Under the pieces are notes generated by a model that saw only the letters and a program-made list of their open reading frames with translations, ran no database searches and was not told the origin of the DNA. Position numbers and translations under genes: made by a program. From Lytechinus pictus (Eukaryota), in the NCBI RefSeq assembly GCF_037042905.1, contig NC_087251.1, positions 45,696,001 through 45,760,000 on the forward strand: DNA of 64,000 nt. The letters run 5' to 3'. This document shows positions 40,754 through 55,159 of the stretch, one piece after another. Position 1 is the first letter of the stretch. Each line of letters begins with the position of its first letter.

Positions 40754-41380
40754 CTGAATCATATCTACAATGTCCACCTTGTTGAAGAAGACAAATGAAC
40801 TAAGCGTTGACAACATGTTCTCCTCAAAGACAGAAGGTGTGGGCAGAATGACATCCTGTATGTACTGAACTCTGTAAGTCTGGTGGATTTTATTCAAAAG
40901 GTTTCTATTCGTGATAGGGATCACTTCATGGAAGTTCGCCTTTGAATTCAAATACTCCCGATGCCGCCGACAGTCCGTCGAATTGGGATCGTGTTCTAGA
41001 CAGCCTACCACATCGTAGATGAGTTCGTCTGAAAACAGAATCTCGAGGAGCGATGTCTTATTGAGGAGTATGGTGTTCTTCATGATCTCGTAGAGATAAT
41101 GTAAGCACTCCGTGTTGTTATCAAGGTCCTCGCAAATACAAAATAGTTCAATGAGTTTCCGAATGTAGTTCTCCTTCTCTATTGCTATGGCAAGCTTTTC
41201 CCGTTTGATGGGGGACTGCAAAGCACTGCTGAATAGCTCTGTTATCTCCTCCAGTTTGCTGATTTCACAAGGAGGTAGTTCGATAGGTGTGGCTGCTTCG
41301 GGGAGTTCTTCAAAGCGGTCTTCTTCGGATTCATCCACGACATCTTGCGTAATGTCAACCGATGGATCTTTCCCTTGAAC
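40754..41380 (-). CDS. PPP4R3: PPP4R3 exon 4 (SMK-1/DUF625 domain)
   Basis: [13 protein letters not shown]...[46 protein letters not shown]; lies inside ORF 40583-41452. Confidence 0.97.
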
Positions 41381-41871
41381 CTGTCGGAAGTGGGGGGAAA
41401 TATGAATTTTCACACTGTATATCCAATCCACTGATGCTTTATTAAGAGCCATATATTGTGCTTACCTAAACATTGCCATAGACTGCAATAAATGATTTTT
41501 GTTCTATTGATTGTTCAAATCAAATCCAAAGTAAATGTAGGCCAAGTTACAAAATGAAATATTTTCAACCCCATACTTAATAGTATAATGCCGATCAATA
41601 AGCTAATTCAAACCTTTACACAGCTTATTCCATTCAAACTACCTGTTTTAAGTATTTAAAAAAAAAACACCTTTTAAACTACTATGCATAGTAATACATG
41701 TAGGCTACCTAATTCACTGCATGATGCAATATCTTTATACACAAAATTACATTCCATTATTTTTCCCAGTCGTTTATTACTCACTACCAATTTCCCCCTA
41801 TCTATGTAAATGTTTAATCCAAAATATATTTCAACGGTGAACACATTTGAATCATTTTCTCACTGAACTTA

Positions 41872-41985
<114 letters not shown>

Positions 41986-43274
41986 TCATTCAGAGGAACA
42001 AAAATGGCAACAGATATTGTTGAAATATAGACCAATGAAAGTGAAAAAAGGGGGAATGTGGAGAAAAAAAAAGGAAATATAGTGACGGGAGTAAAAGTAA
42101 TTTAATTACCAGTGATGAACAAAATTACAAGATGGTTTGGATGGTCTTTCATGTGTTTTTTTGTAAATTTTCATGAAACAACAATGAGATATTCTTGTTA
42201 TAAAATGAAATCCTTTTCATGAAATCAATTCACTTTTCATGTGAATCATATCCCCAGCATTGATGTTCAACTTCAAGTAGAGTATAATAAAAACAAAAGA
42301 GGTCATCACATTCAGGTGGAATCCAAAAACCATTAAGAATTTTCTTATATTGAAAAAAAAAGAAGAAACATATCATGCCAAACAATGAGGCATGAATATA
42401 CATGTGAAAAAGACAAACAACAATTACATGTACATGGGTATCCGGTGCTGCTTGCTTGACTGCTGATCAGAGCATGCAAGGACATGGAATACCCTAGATC
42501 TATGAATTAAACAAATATTTATCACATTGCTCTTTATTCATAGAGCTGGACTAGCGCAAAGTCCATGTTTTTTTCCCCGGTTACAACCTGTACCATACAA
42601 TAACATTTACGATAATTTGTCATTAGACACATGTTGACATGTTACACCGACATGTTTGTTAATGCTGCTCAGATACTTGTACACTGAAGAAATGACCAAG
42701 CAATTTTTGCTACAGACCTACATGTACCTGTATAGTTTGTAATGAAACTAGATTAATTTTTTTTAATTGCTGTTTTATGGCACAATTGCATGCAGTACAG
42801 TACTTGCGAGTTCTGATTGTGCATTAAATCATCAGTGAAACAAGTAGATGTGTACTTTTCATGTAATGCTGGGAGCCAGGCCGGGCTGGAACTCGGAGAT
42901 AGGGGGATTTCCCCCAGGCCAAGGCGGGTTGAGGGCTAAACAGCAGAGATCGGAAGCTGTTATGCTTCAGAAAATATGCCACATAAAAAGCGAAATGTGA
43001 CCATTAACCTCCATGCGTGAACTGAGCTCTTATATTTTCCCAAATAATCTAACTTAATCTAATCGGTATCTTCATCAGGAGTAGACTTAACCATCCTTAA
43101 CATGAATTTCAGCCACATCGAACATCGGAAACTGCATTATTTTTTATTCGATCTCGACTTCTTTGTTTGAATTCTGCGTCAGATTTTGCCAATCGGAACT
43201 TAAAGGGCAGCAACGCGTTTGACTTTGTGTTTGCCGAATGTAATCACTAATTTCAGCACATGTAAAAGAAGAAA

Positions 43275-43873
43275 TTAAAGGTCAAGTCCACCCCAAAAAT
43301 AGTTTATTTGAATAAAAAGAGAAAATCCAAAACAAGCATAACACTGAAAATTTCATCAAAATCGGGTGTAAAGTTATGACATTTTAAACTTTCACTTATT
43401 TTTCACAAAACAGTTATATGCACAACTCAGTGATATGCAAATGAGGTAGTCTATGATGCCCCCCACTCACTATTTCTTTTGTTTTTTATTGTTTGATTTA
43501 TACAATTTTTAAATTTTTACAGATTTGACGATAAGGACTCTTTTGTTTTAATCTCAAAATGTTAAAACAATGATAACTACACATGTTCACGAGGAATAAA
43601 ACTTCTTATCATATGGCAATGAGGAGAAAATTATAATATTTCATATTCCACCTAATGAAATACAAAAGAAATAGTGAGTTGATGTCATCAGTCTCCTCAC
43701 TTGCACACCGACCAGGATATGAAAATAGCTATTTTGTGATATTAAGCGAAACTTTAAAATGTCATAACTTTCTTATTTTACATCCGATTTTGTTGAAATT
43801 TTCAGTGTTATGCTTGTTTGATTTTTCTCTTTTATTCAAATCAACTTCATGATAGGGTGGACTTGTCCTTTAA
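43275..43873. mobile_element. Second copy of the TTAA-flanked Kolobok-like element
   Basis: Same TIRs and internal sequence as 38091-38700; diverged relative at ~54518-54990. Confidence 0.8.
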
Positions 43874-44674
43874 AGAATATACATCAGAATGAGATCCTAA
43901 ATCTGAGAATTCAAACGATTAAATCAGGATTGTGGCCAAAATAAAGCCATTCCTGATGCCGATCCAGGACCCAGAATTTTCTTTGCTAAACCTTCTGGCC
44001 CGGGTTCAAGCCGGGTTTTCCTTCCGGGCCCCAAAGTTATTTTCATGTCCACATTATGATCGTTATGAGGAGACGTTGTTGCTCTAGGGGCAGATCGAAT
44101 TGAGACAAGAAAAACATGATCTCCAATATTTATATGTAACTTACATATATTTAAAGGTTTCATTATTTCAGGGATAAGATAATTGCAAGGCACTATACCC
44201 CAATCCTTCTCAAATACACATTGTACATGTACATGTAAATGTATTTCTTATCTTATAAGAAAACATTAAAAATGATATCAGGCTTTTCTTTAGTCAGACA
44301 GTCTAAATGCATTCATCTAGGAACTCAGGAACCATCTCGGGCCTGAAACCACTGGGATTTCATCCTGATTCCTGACAGGCTAATAATAGTTAGAATCTAG
44401 TGGGCACAGGGCAACCTTTCTCTTGAAATGTATGTGTACAAACTGTGAGACAATAAAAGAAGGCTGCTACTTCATTTACTAGTATGTACATGTATTTGTA
44501 TTTCATACAATGATTCACAAAACATAAATATAACTATAAATCATCTTTCTCTCTTAGGGGAACATGTTTGAACTTGTTTGAGCTATATGTAGGCATAGAA
44601 AGTATTAATTTACACTCGATGACACACATACATGTAGCTGTTTATGCATGTTGAAACAAAATAAAGCAAATAAT

Positions 44675-44955
44675 ATTAATAATAATAATAGCCAATTTTT
44701 ATAAAGCGCTTTTCCCAGAATGGCTCAAAGCGTGTTATAGCATATTATTTCCCCGGTCATTGGATTCATTTCAATCCCGCACGAAAAGTGCACAATTTCC
44801 ACTACCTGGGGAGCATTCCTTGCATTCATCGCAGCCTCATTATGGTGCTGGCAAAATCAAACATACAATATCTTTCGCATCCTACCGGGTACCCATTTAG
44901 CACCTGGGTCGAGAGTGGCAAAGTGTGGATTAACGCCTTGCCAAAGGACGCTAGA
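44675..44955 (-). mobile_element. 3' part of a tRNA-derived SINE with (TTA)n tail
   Basis: Reverse complement contains ggcaaggcgttaatccacactttgccactctcgacccaggtgctaaatgggtacccggtagg, shared with the SINEs at 60457 and 61250. Confidence 0.7.
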
Positions 44956-45254
44956 CAAATGTGTCCTTGCAAACTAATGGTTTGACATGATCTACAGTGT
45001 TTATAGGATTTTAAGTGGATGCTTTTATCTTGCCATCATATTAAGCAATTCCATTTTTTCACTCTGTATGAATCAAAATTGCAGCTTGCATGTTCTCTAC
45101 TATACTGGTACGTGTATCCCCTCTTTTCTTTCACAGGTATTACTAAAAGAATAAGAAAAGAAAAACAGGATAACACCAAAATCATCATCACAATCATTAT
45201 TTTCAGACAGTATTTTCTCTCTGATCATGATGAAGGGTCACTGACTCTTGTACC

Positions 45255-45850
45255 AAGAAGACAGCCCCTCTTTCCACAAATTCATGTCTTGACCATCATC
45301 CTTATTCAGACTGAACATACTGCTTTCCTTCTTCTCCGTACATGTATTTTTCCATTTGATCTTTGGTCTTCCCTTTTTTCTTATGCCATTTAATGTTAGA
45401 TCTCATGCTCTTTTCATAGGTTCATCTTCCATACCCAACACCAAACATTTTTCACATCATGGCTCTTTTTGTTCTCCTTTTAATAACTTCACATTCCATG
45501 TTTCTGAGCCATACACCATTACTACAAACCTTGTAAATCTTGCCATTTTATTATTCTCATTGTTTACCTTCTCCTACCAGCTAGGATCGAGGCCAGTTCA
45601 ATGAACTTTATCCACCCAATCTGCACCTTCTTGCTACTACAATCGAATATCCACCAGACCACCGCCACTGATGACCGTATCTCCAAGATAATCTCCAACA
45701 AAACCTATCCTATCCCCCTTCTCAAAATCTCCCAATAAACATCTCTCTTTCCTCTTCCACCACTCCATTGCTAATCTCCCTGCATTTCTCCTATTCAATC
45801 CTCTCAGCCATTCTGTTGATGATTTCATCTTCACTTCACATGTCAATTTT
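45255..45850 (-). mobile_element. Degenerate RTE-clade LINE ORF2 C-terminal fragment
   Basis: Minus-strand translation with frameshifts and stops gives YLGDTVISGGG, QIGWIKFIELASILAG, VMVYGSETWNV (YGSETW at 45496-45513) and GIRKKGRPKIKW. Confidence 0.75.
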
Positions 45851-46181
45851 ATCAAAATTAACATTGATTTTTCCTTTTTATTTGTACATCACACACCTAT
45901 TTTCACAAAAAGACATGTGTATATATACATCCTGGTGATATGAAAACGGGGAAGCCGATCGTGTGACACACTGATAATTTCTTTTGCATTTTAATTAACA
46001 ATTATTGAAATGATGATGTAATGTGTTCCAGAAGGAATCAATCCAGGATTTACATTGATATAGTGGGGAAAAGGGATAAATGATATAATGAAAGGAACAT
46101 TTACCACCAACATATGGTCAAGCATTCTTCTGAGTTTTTTTTTACATAACAGATACCTAAATTACATTGAGAGTTATTTAC

Positions 46182-46237
46182 CTGTTGCTTCTGGTATGCC
46201 GTGTCTGGTTGAATTTTGGATTCCAACAGGATAGAAC
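46182..46237 (-). CDS. PPP4R3: PPP4R3 exon 2
   Basis: GSILLESKIQPDTAYQKQQ; GT-AG, phase consistent. Confidence 0.95.
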
Positions 46238-48764
46238 CTATTTAAAAAAAAAGGTAAACAAACAGAGCTGATCAACAACAAACCCTTAGCTTACTGTCCA
46301 TGCCCTCAGCGCATGTTGTCCCACATCATAAATCAAAATTCACTGTCTGGAACAGCCTCAGTGCCCTTTGAGAGAACAGGCCTGCATCATGAAGTTTGAT
46401 GGAGAAAAAAAAATGCACATTTCACTTCTTTACATCCATGACGTCCATCTATTCTCCATTTCCTTGAAAGTATTTTGATTTAGTTGGAAACTGCCAAGAA
46501 AATAAAGAATATTCCCTCCTTTCTTGACTCTCAATGATGGATCAGTTGATGTTTATCATTAGACTACTAACATCAATGTGTACATACGGGACAGGATCAC
46601 TTTCTGCCTTTCCGGCACAGCTAAAAAAAGTTTGTCATTATTATATTGACATTAAAATGCATTTTATGCCAACGGATAAAACAAGTGATATTATTATCTT
46701 TAAACTTATTTATGCTTTTAGCCTAAAAAAAAATCAACTCAGATCCAAGTGGACCATACCATACAACAATCCATGTCGTTCACTGACTTGCCCTATGGCT
46801 ATGACTTCATCTTAGATCTGATTTGATGAAGAAATCAAGGAAGTACTTTTGCAATGTAGAGTCTCAGAATATTTTATATTTCATCATCAATAGGCTGAAT
46901 TCCAGTATTTAAATTAATAAACCCATGTTAAAGCAAGATATAATTGGCTGTACAGTATGTCAATCATAGCAATGTCTTCAAACAAAATAATGGAGTTAGT
47001 GTGATTTGAAATATGATGTGACTTAGCAAGAGAAAAAAAGGTGCTCCCATGCCTGTCTCAATTAATGTTGTCATTTTTTTCTTCATTGATGTCTTTGGGG
47101 AAATTTGAATGCTAATCAATCAGTTCATGAAAATGATGTTACCCCTTCCCTCAAGGGGACTGACAATGACACACAGACATTTATTCAGTCATGAAGAAGG
47201 GTTTTTTTTTAATATTTTTTTTTACTGTTATATGAATTTGGATTCTTGTTTCTTTTTTTACATGTAAACTCATTTGCCCTTTTGAATCGAATCATGATTT
47301 AAAGATACATGTAAATGCCAGTTGTGGTAACAATTTCAAATCGAGTTCTTTCAGAATCCAATAAAAGGACCACCCTAATATCTGAAAAAATTTTGAGAGC
47401 CATTTTTCATTTTACCAGAGCCATTTTCAGTTTTCAAGAGCCATTCTTTTTTTTTCATGATTCAGCGCATGGTTTCGCAAAGCAGTTTGTCTTGCTTGTT
47501 TACAAATTCATTTAAGGGTTAACATTGTTTATTTTTTCTTCATTGTTATTAATTGTTAAATGATTACTAAATTCATTGTTCATTTAAAGGTTGTTTGTAT
47601 CTTGTGTATTAACTGGATTGTTCTAGCTCTATTCTCTTACAATTTTGTCTATCAAATTGAATAGGATGAAGTTTATCAAATTTGAACAGAATTTGTACTT
47701 TAATAGAGGAATCCTTTTCATATTGTTTAATTTTTTATTTGATAAAAACTCACTTGAAAATTATTTTATGAAATATTGAATGCATCGCAGCCTGACAACA
47801 AACATCAACATGCCAACTAATTCACAAGCTAAGCTATACCTACACCAGCGCAGCCACTGAACGCAGCACAGTTCACAGTCAATCATCACCGCAACACAAG
47901 CAGGTATTAAACTGCAGTAGCGCAAATATATGTATATACTCAGGCACTAATTGTTACTCATCAAAAATCCCCGCTAAAATTGCAATTTCGCCCTTCTAAT
48001 CGCAGTATGCGTGCCATTTTTAGTTCAGATTTAAGTAGTGGGGTTGCTGAAAAATACGCTAAAATGAAACAAATCTGTGATTTTGGAGCAATTTTCACAT
48101 TAGGACTCGCTCGGTACTTGGCAGTTTTAGGCAGTTGCGAGAGCGATCCGAAAGCACACAAAAGCGGAATCTCTCTTCGCCCCCGTCTAATTTCAACATG
48201 GGGGGGGGGGGGGAATAGAGCGATTTTCACATTAGGACTCGCTCGATACTTGGCAGTTTTAGGCAGTTGTGAGAGCAATCAGAAAGCACACAAGAGCGGA
48301 ATCTCTCTCCCCCCGTCTAAGTTCAATGCAGGAAATACACAAATTATGAGGTCAAAACATAACCTCATAGGCGACATATTAATAGCGCACATGTACGGGG
48401 TGGTGCATTTGTTGAAAGTCGGCGGTAACACACAAATGCACACAATGATGGTAACGACGCTTGTCGGCGAGGTGAACCGTATACTGATTTTAATTTTTTT
48501 CTCTTTTAGGTATGAACTTTTTTTAGTAAAATTTGTTTTATTGCAGCTTAGATTTCGCAAATTATATCTAAGGTAAAAATTTTGATAAAACATTGGTGGA
48601 TTTTGTACAAAGGTGCTTGAAAGTCTGACTACTCTGGCAGCTTATTTCAACCTTATTGAAGTCCCAATGTTCCCAAGAGCACATCACTGTATATCACCAG
48701 GAGCTAAACACAGAGGAACAGAAGAACCTGCGTCCAGGACTGGACCTTATGGATGTATGTACAT

Positions 48765-49496
48765 CAGTCCTTCACGTTTATAATTTCGTGGAGCTCAATA
48801 AATCGCTCTCCATGTTTTTTGGAGCTCGATTGAGCTCCTCAGAATCGCTCTCCTTGAGGAGCTCAAATCAATTCAATACAATACATGTATGATAAATTGT
48901 AGATTTTTCTTAACATCGTATATGCAATAGCTGTGTAGCTATTAATTAATCTGTGGTGAAACTAGGCCTGGGTCACTACGTTTACAAATTATCACGCTCC
49001 TGCTTTAAAAAAAATAAAAATAAAATAAAATACTGTACAAAAAAATTGCTAAAATTTCACATTTTACATCTTTAAATCCATAAAATGGCTATCTATTTTC
49101 CGTAATTCCTTTAAATTATTTTGATTTAGTTGAAAACTATCAGAAAAATGAAGAATATTCACCTCTTTCCCGACTCTGATTTGAATTTACACTCGGTAAA
49201 TATTGTAGTCCCACAGGTAGACTTCCATGGTGTTGCCATGAAGTTTAAAATCAAAACAGAGTCGGGAAAGAGGTCAATATTCTTCATTTTTTCGGTAGTT
49301 TCCAACTAAATCAAAATAATTTAAACGAATTATGGAAAACAGATGCCTATTTCGTGAATATAAAGATGTAAAATGTGAAATTTCAGCAACTTTTTGTGAA
49401 GGCCTTTTTTTTTAGGAGCGTGATTTTTTGTTCTTATTTTTTTAGGAGTGCGGTAGGAGCGCCGGCGCAATCGCGCTCCTCAAAAATGAAGGTCTG
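48765..49496. mobile_element. TIR element (cagtccttca / tgaaggtctg) containing a ~430-bp hairpin
   Basis: Internal inverted arms ~48992-49190 and ~49245-49422; gtacat flanks both ends. Confidence 0.6.
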
Positions 49497-51632
49497 GTAC
49501 ATATGTAAGATCAAACTTAGTAAAGGACTGTTGAAACCTGAAGATACTACTTTTTATGTACATGTACGCTCTTCAAGAACCATCATGAATGTTTACGTGT
49601 GGGATGCACACAGAGGATTTGACTGCGAAATTGGTGGAATCTTACTTGCATTCTGTCAAGAAAATGTTGATAAACTTGCATATTACTTACTTACTTGGAT
49701 TTACTTGGTATTAATCTCTAAATAGAACAGTGTTGAAATTACTTTTTATTTTTAGGGAGTCATTTTGAAAAAAAAATGGGAGCCATTTTTCATTTTACCA
49801 GAGCCATTTTCAGTTTTCGATAGCCATTTTTTTTCCATGATTCAGCACATGGTTTTGCATCGCAGTTTGTCCTGCTTGTTTACAAATTCATTTTAAGTTA
49901 AACATTGTTTATTTAATTGCTATTTATTTTTTCTTCAATGTTATTAATTGTTAAATTAGTATTTAATCTATTGTTGTTCATTTACATGTAGGTCTAATGT
50001 TTATTTTTTGTATTTCGTATATTAAATTAACTGGACGTTCTTACTTATACAATTTTGTCCATCAAATTGAATAGGATGAAGTTTATCAAATTTGAACAGA
50101 ATCTGTATTCAGAGGAATCCTTTTCATAATTACTTTTTTTTATTAAAACTCACTTGAAAATTATTTCATGAAATATTCAATTGATAGCCTGACAGCTAAC
50201 GTCAACATGTCAACTATTTCTCAAGCTAAGCTATGCCTACGCCAGCATAGCTCTCAGTCAATCATCACCGTAACACTCAGCTCACAGTCAATCATCGCCG
50301 CAACACAGGTGGGTATGAAACTGCATTAGTGCCAATACATGTTTCCAATCAGGCACCGACTGTTACTCACCAAAATCCCAAATTTCGGTCTTAAAATTGC
50401 AGAATCTGCGCCATATTTCCAGAGCACCAAGTGGCTTAGTTCAGATTTAAGAAGTGGAGTCGCCGAAAATTAATCTAAAATAAAATAAACTGTGATTTTC
50501 TTCAGATCTTCTTCTTATGTTGGTTTGAGTGGCAATTAGTCATATTTGACTATTGTCGCCATTGACTCTATCTATAAAATCTCACTTCTCGCATAATGAT
50601 ATCATTACCTGGTACGGAAATTTGAGTGTAAAAATGGGGGTCCCCTCCGCGGCACACACCCACTATGCATTATATACTGAGTACCCCCCCCCCCCCCCCC
50701 CCCGGGACTGGACAGGCGCAGACGGGAGCAATTTTCATGTTGGGATTCGCTCAGTACTTGCGAGAGCAATTCCAAAGCACACGAGGGTGGAATCGCTCGT
50801 CGCTCCCGTGTATTTTCAACCCTGAAATAGAAGTTAACAAAAGGGCTCAAAATTATTTCAAACCATCAGATGGTAAAAGTAAACTTGTAAAAATACGATA
50901 ATCATTCTGCTTATTTATTTTAGACAAAATGATAATCAAAATCCGACTTCACATCACATGCTCGACCAGTTATTTTAGGAACCACCATTAAAATTTGCCG
51001 ATATTTACACCGCCATTTTGGCTTTTAACATGGAAACATTTGTGTAATGCCAAATGACCGGTCACTAAGCCAAACAATCAAAACATTGCATGCTTTCGAA
51101 GTTTCAGTTTCGATTGTCTGGCTTGCCGATTGGTAGAGGTCAAACTATTGCAAAATGGTTTTCCATGAAAAAAAAAAGATGGTGTAGGCCTAACCATTAA
51201 CATGAGATTGACCTTGCATTGGCAATTATTTTTACTCTCCATGCACAAATGAATGGGTACTGGGTGCAAAAGTGTATTGGCACCATTCACAATTGAGTTT
51301 GCATTTGCCATTAGTTAATATTGCATTGCCTTTTTTGCGTGAATACCGTAGGCCTACCACCTTATTATATTATACTTTTAACAAAAGTTAAAAAAAAAGT
51401 GATTACATGTGCAAATGATATATTTATGGGTAATAAATTGACACTTCATAGATAGTCAGACATTTGAACCAACTGTTAACAAGCTTGAATAATTTAGAGC
51501 CAGCGCAATAGCCAAGGGCGACCCACTGCTACAACACCGCAGGATTACGGGCGATTGGACGGCCCCATCATCCCCTTCAGCTCTGGCACTGGCTCTTCGC
51601 TCTATAGCGATACGTGATAGACGTTTACGTAC

Positions 51633-51774
51633 CATCGGTTTCCGAACAAACTAGCAAACACATCCCATTCAGACGTTCCACCAAACATGATGATACATGA
51701 CCAGTCCCCCTGTCATCCCATTGACGCTCATCATTAAGAACATAAAGCTTTACTCTTCTTCTGGTATCTGACAT
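51633..51774 (-). CDS. PPP4R3: PPP4R3/SMEK exon 1 (EVH1 domain start)
   Basis: ATG at 51774. [29 protein letters not shown] is the hallmark SMEK/Psy2/falafel N-terminus. Donor gtacgt. Confidence 0.96.
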
Positions 51775-51876
51775 TTTGGACGACAAATACATCACAGATC
51801 CACCACAAAATTTGATTCAACGGGGGACTTTTTCATGTCGTTGTACGGCGTACAAATGACGATAAACACTTCATAC

Positions 51877-51989
51877 GGCAGCCATCTTGATAGGCTTTTT
51901 ACATAGCCTGACGGGTTTCCCGCTCTAATATCTGAGCACTTGTCAAAGGTCAACGTTACTACAAAGCCTTTCTCTGCGGGAAGTTTGAA
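51877..51989 (-). promoter_or_regulatory. PPP4R3 proximal promoter/5' UTR motifs (YY1-like, E2F, CHR-like)
   Basis: CAAGATGGCTGCC (- strand, 51877-51889); TTTCCCGC at 51916-51923; GCGGGAAGTTTGAA at ~51976-51989. Confidence 0.45.
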
Positions 51990-52897
51990 TTCAAGAAATT
52001 TCAATCAAATTCGTAAGATATGATATGATCAAGATAAAATAATTAGGTAGGCCTGCTACTAAAGTCAGACCTCATGAGAGAAAATTTGAGTTTCAGAACC
52101 GTACAATATAGATTTTTGACAATTATTCAAAATCTTCATTCCTTTCGAGCTGGGCCCCCAGTGCCCCCCCCCCCCCCCGAATAAGATAAACATGAATTAA
52201 CAAAAAATAAGGCGAAATCAAATTAGAAATGTTCAAAACAGGCTTTAATTAGTTAATGATATTGTAATTTTTTTCATGAAATAATACAGTAAACCCCACC
52301 ACGTACCACACATCATCACGGCTTTCATGGCTACCATCACCGTCGACCACCAGCACACCAGAGGATACACCCCTCCTGATATTTCAAAGCGTCAGCCTGG
52401 GATACCCCCCCCCCCTCGTAAATTAAGAAAGAAAAAATCACCTATAATGTACAATAGGCCTTTTATATTTGTTTTATCTTCTTCTTCTTAGCCTTCAACA
52501 ATAACATATCATCATGGAGATCATATTCATTGTCATAATTTAATTCATTAATTTAATTTATTTTACATAGTTTGATTGAAGCTTCGATATGTCCTTTCTT
52601 CTATTTCTTTTATCTCTTCCTTCTATTCTCCTCTTCGTGTTGTTATTGTTGTCGCCATTTTTGCTGTTGTTTTTCTCCTTATTATTTTTCTTCCTCATCT
52701 TTTTCTTCCGTCTCCTCCTCCCCTTTCTTCTTCTATTCCTCTTCCTTCTTTTCTTTTTCTTCTTCGTTATATTTTTGTATATATTATCTATATATCTTAT
52801 TTATTGGTAATAGTAAATTCTGATTTTTTTTTTTTCATTTTTTAAATATGTAAATATAGTATAATTTTACCATTTTATTCTCTTAATTCTGTATGTC

Positions 52898-53014
52898 GAG
52901 GACCCCACTGGAAATAAGCTTTTGAGCTTTCGTGGGTCATCCTGTGCAAGCCTGTTGTTTTAATGCTACTGTATGTTATGGTGACTTGCCAAATAAAATC
53001 AATCAATCAATCAA
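52898..53014 (+). mobile_element. LINE 3' end (CR1/L2 group) with (ATCA)n tail
   Basis: gaggaccccactggaaataagc...gtgggtcatcct stem, then aataaa and an atca repeat. Confidence 0.5.
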
Positions 53015-53559
53015 TTGCTGTGCCGGGTATTCGGTTCATTAATTCCATCATGTCGTGACTGTAACAGAGCCGGAAAAAATGCGATCCACAAGTTCATTGT
53101 ATTTTGCTTAACTGAAGCTCTCATAGGTTGATGAATAATCATTTCATAATATAGTCATGTTGTCTTCTTGATATCCTCTTCATTCTTTATTTACATTTTA
53201 CGCATTGGATTACAGACCAGTGCATGCACTTTTTCCTCCCCATCTTTCCATCTTTTTTTTTTTTTTTTTTTTGGGGGGGGGGGTAAAGCTGTATCCCCGC
53301 TATTTAAAGAATTTAAAGAAAATCGTGAACGTGTTTGATCATTACAAAGTTCCAGTTAAACTTCATGGGGGGGGGGGCAACCATAAATGGTAGGGACAAA
53401 ATGCATATTTGCCTGGGGCTGAGAACATTTTCACCATGCGCCCTAATTCGCGCGCGAATTTAAATAGCATTTCACATGCAGCATCCAACATGGTTAAAAC
53501 TGTTAGAAAGCAGGGCCTGGATTCTGAAACTGCGACCCGCCAAAAGTATAAACATAAAA

Positions 53560-53735
53560 GAATGAATGAATTAATAAATAAATAAATAAATAAATAAAAC
53601 AATGAATAAATAAATAAAGAAATAAATGAATGAATAAATGAATAAATAAATAAATTAATTAATAAATTAAAAAATTTATTAATTAATCAATAAATAAATG
53701 AATAAATAAATAAACAAACAAATAAATAAATAAAA
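53560..53735. repeat. (AATA/AATG)n microsatellite
   Basis: Direct inspection. Confidence 0.9.
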
Positions 53736-55104
53736 TATGTTGTTGATTTCATCATCATTAAGTATCAACATGAATGACGGTCATTGCGATCATGATCATT
53801 GATCATGATGACCGTCATTCCTCCAAACAGATATCCAAGGCACTGGAACTTTCTTTCCCAGAGGAGGGCATAAGATGGCATGCGTGAGATGTTGATTGAT
53901 TGATTGATTGATTTATGGATTTCCGTTTCACAATTGTACATAGTTATGATAAATATGACAAAACAAGGTCGAATATACTGCAAGACATATAATAAAATAT
54001 ATATAACATAATCTTAGATTTAAGGAACACAATTCAATAAATAAAGTTGCCTAAAATGACATTTGTATTCAAAAGTAAAACGGAGGGTCTTGCCGAAAAA
54101 AAAGCTTGTACAAAATGCAAGCCCCTAACTTAGTTTCATTACAAAATTACAACAAAGAAATATTGGGTCGTAATGGTATATAGAACTTTTGTTTAAAAAT
54201 AAATACAAACAATTTTTGTGCACTTTACAAAAAAAAAAGTAACTGATGGATCGTGTGATAAATATTTTGTTTTATAACATTAGGGAGAGAGGGGAGGGAC
54301 AGAGAAGTGCAGTGTACATTACGTTCTAAGTTTTGTGTAATTATTCTTGCCGTGATCAAGTTCAACAGCTTGGTAGCTTTCATAGCTTTATGATGAAAAA
54401 TTTTCCATCTTAATATCCAATTTTATGTGAAAATTTATCATGCTTAAATTTGTAGACTGTTGATATACTTGCAACATGAATTATGTATTATTGAACTGCT
54501 GCAGTTCTTGATCATGCTTAAAGGGATGCTCCGGGCTGAAATATTTATTCCTCAATAAATAGAGTAAAACTCACAAAGCAAAATGCTGAAAATTTGATCA
54601 AAATCGGATAACTAATGAAGATATTGAATTTTAAAGAATGATTTGCATTTAAGTTCTGATGCCACAGTTCTAGGCATGTCTTCATGAATATTCATTAGGT
54701 GCATGGGCTGATAATGTCATATCCCCACTTGTTCTTTTGTATTTTATTATATGAAATTAGGTTTATTAAAAAAAATTCTACCAAAAACTAAAACGATTGG
54801 ATCGATAATTGATTAGATGCATTTCTTGCAACTTATTTTATAATTAACTGAGACACGTGATCCCGGCATGATTTTTATGAAAAAATGAAACAAAAATGAT
54901 TTCATGTAATAACATAAGAAAAAGAAGAGTGGGAATGTGACATCCTCAGCCCACCTAATAAATATTTTTTAACACATGCCTGGAACTGTTATAAAAGTCA
55001 AAATTATGGCTCGCTGGGCTAGCTATAGCTGCTCAAAGACCGGGCTCAAAGAAAGGAAAGATTTTTTTCTCTTCTTGTTGGTTCTATTCAAGCTACTTTA
55101 TGTG

Positions 55105-55122
55105 ATTGGCGGAAATTTCAAA
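55105..55122 (+). promoter_or_regulatory. Inverted CCAAT box overlapping a CDE-CHR (DREAM-type) element upstream of MAD2L1BP
   Basis: ATTGG at 55105-55109. TGGCGG-AAAT-TTCAAA at 55107-55122 fits BSSSSS-N4-TTYRAA, 38 nt before the ATG. Confidence 0.6.
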
Positions 55123-55159
55123 TCAAGGACAAGGTCAAGGAGCAGGAAAGTTGGAAAGA

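Noticed and set aside
47980..48576. 198-aa ORF with an internal repeat
   Set aside because: Lies in duplicated repeat DNA crossing a poly-G run; no ATG at the listed start and no domain resemblance.
52572..52845. Overlapping Phe/Leu/Ser-rich ORFs (also 21423-21850, 36585-36782, 58531-58819)
   Set aside because: Translations of polypyrimidine/polypurine or (TAA)n low-complexity tracts.
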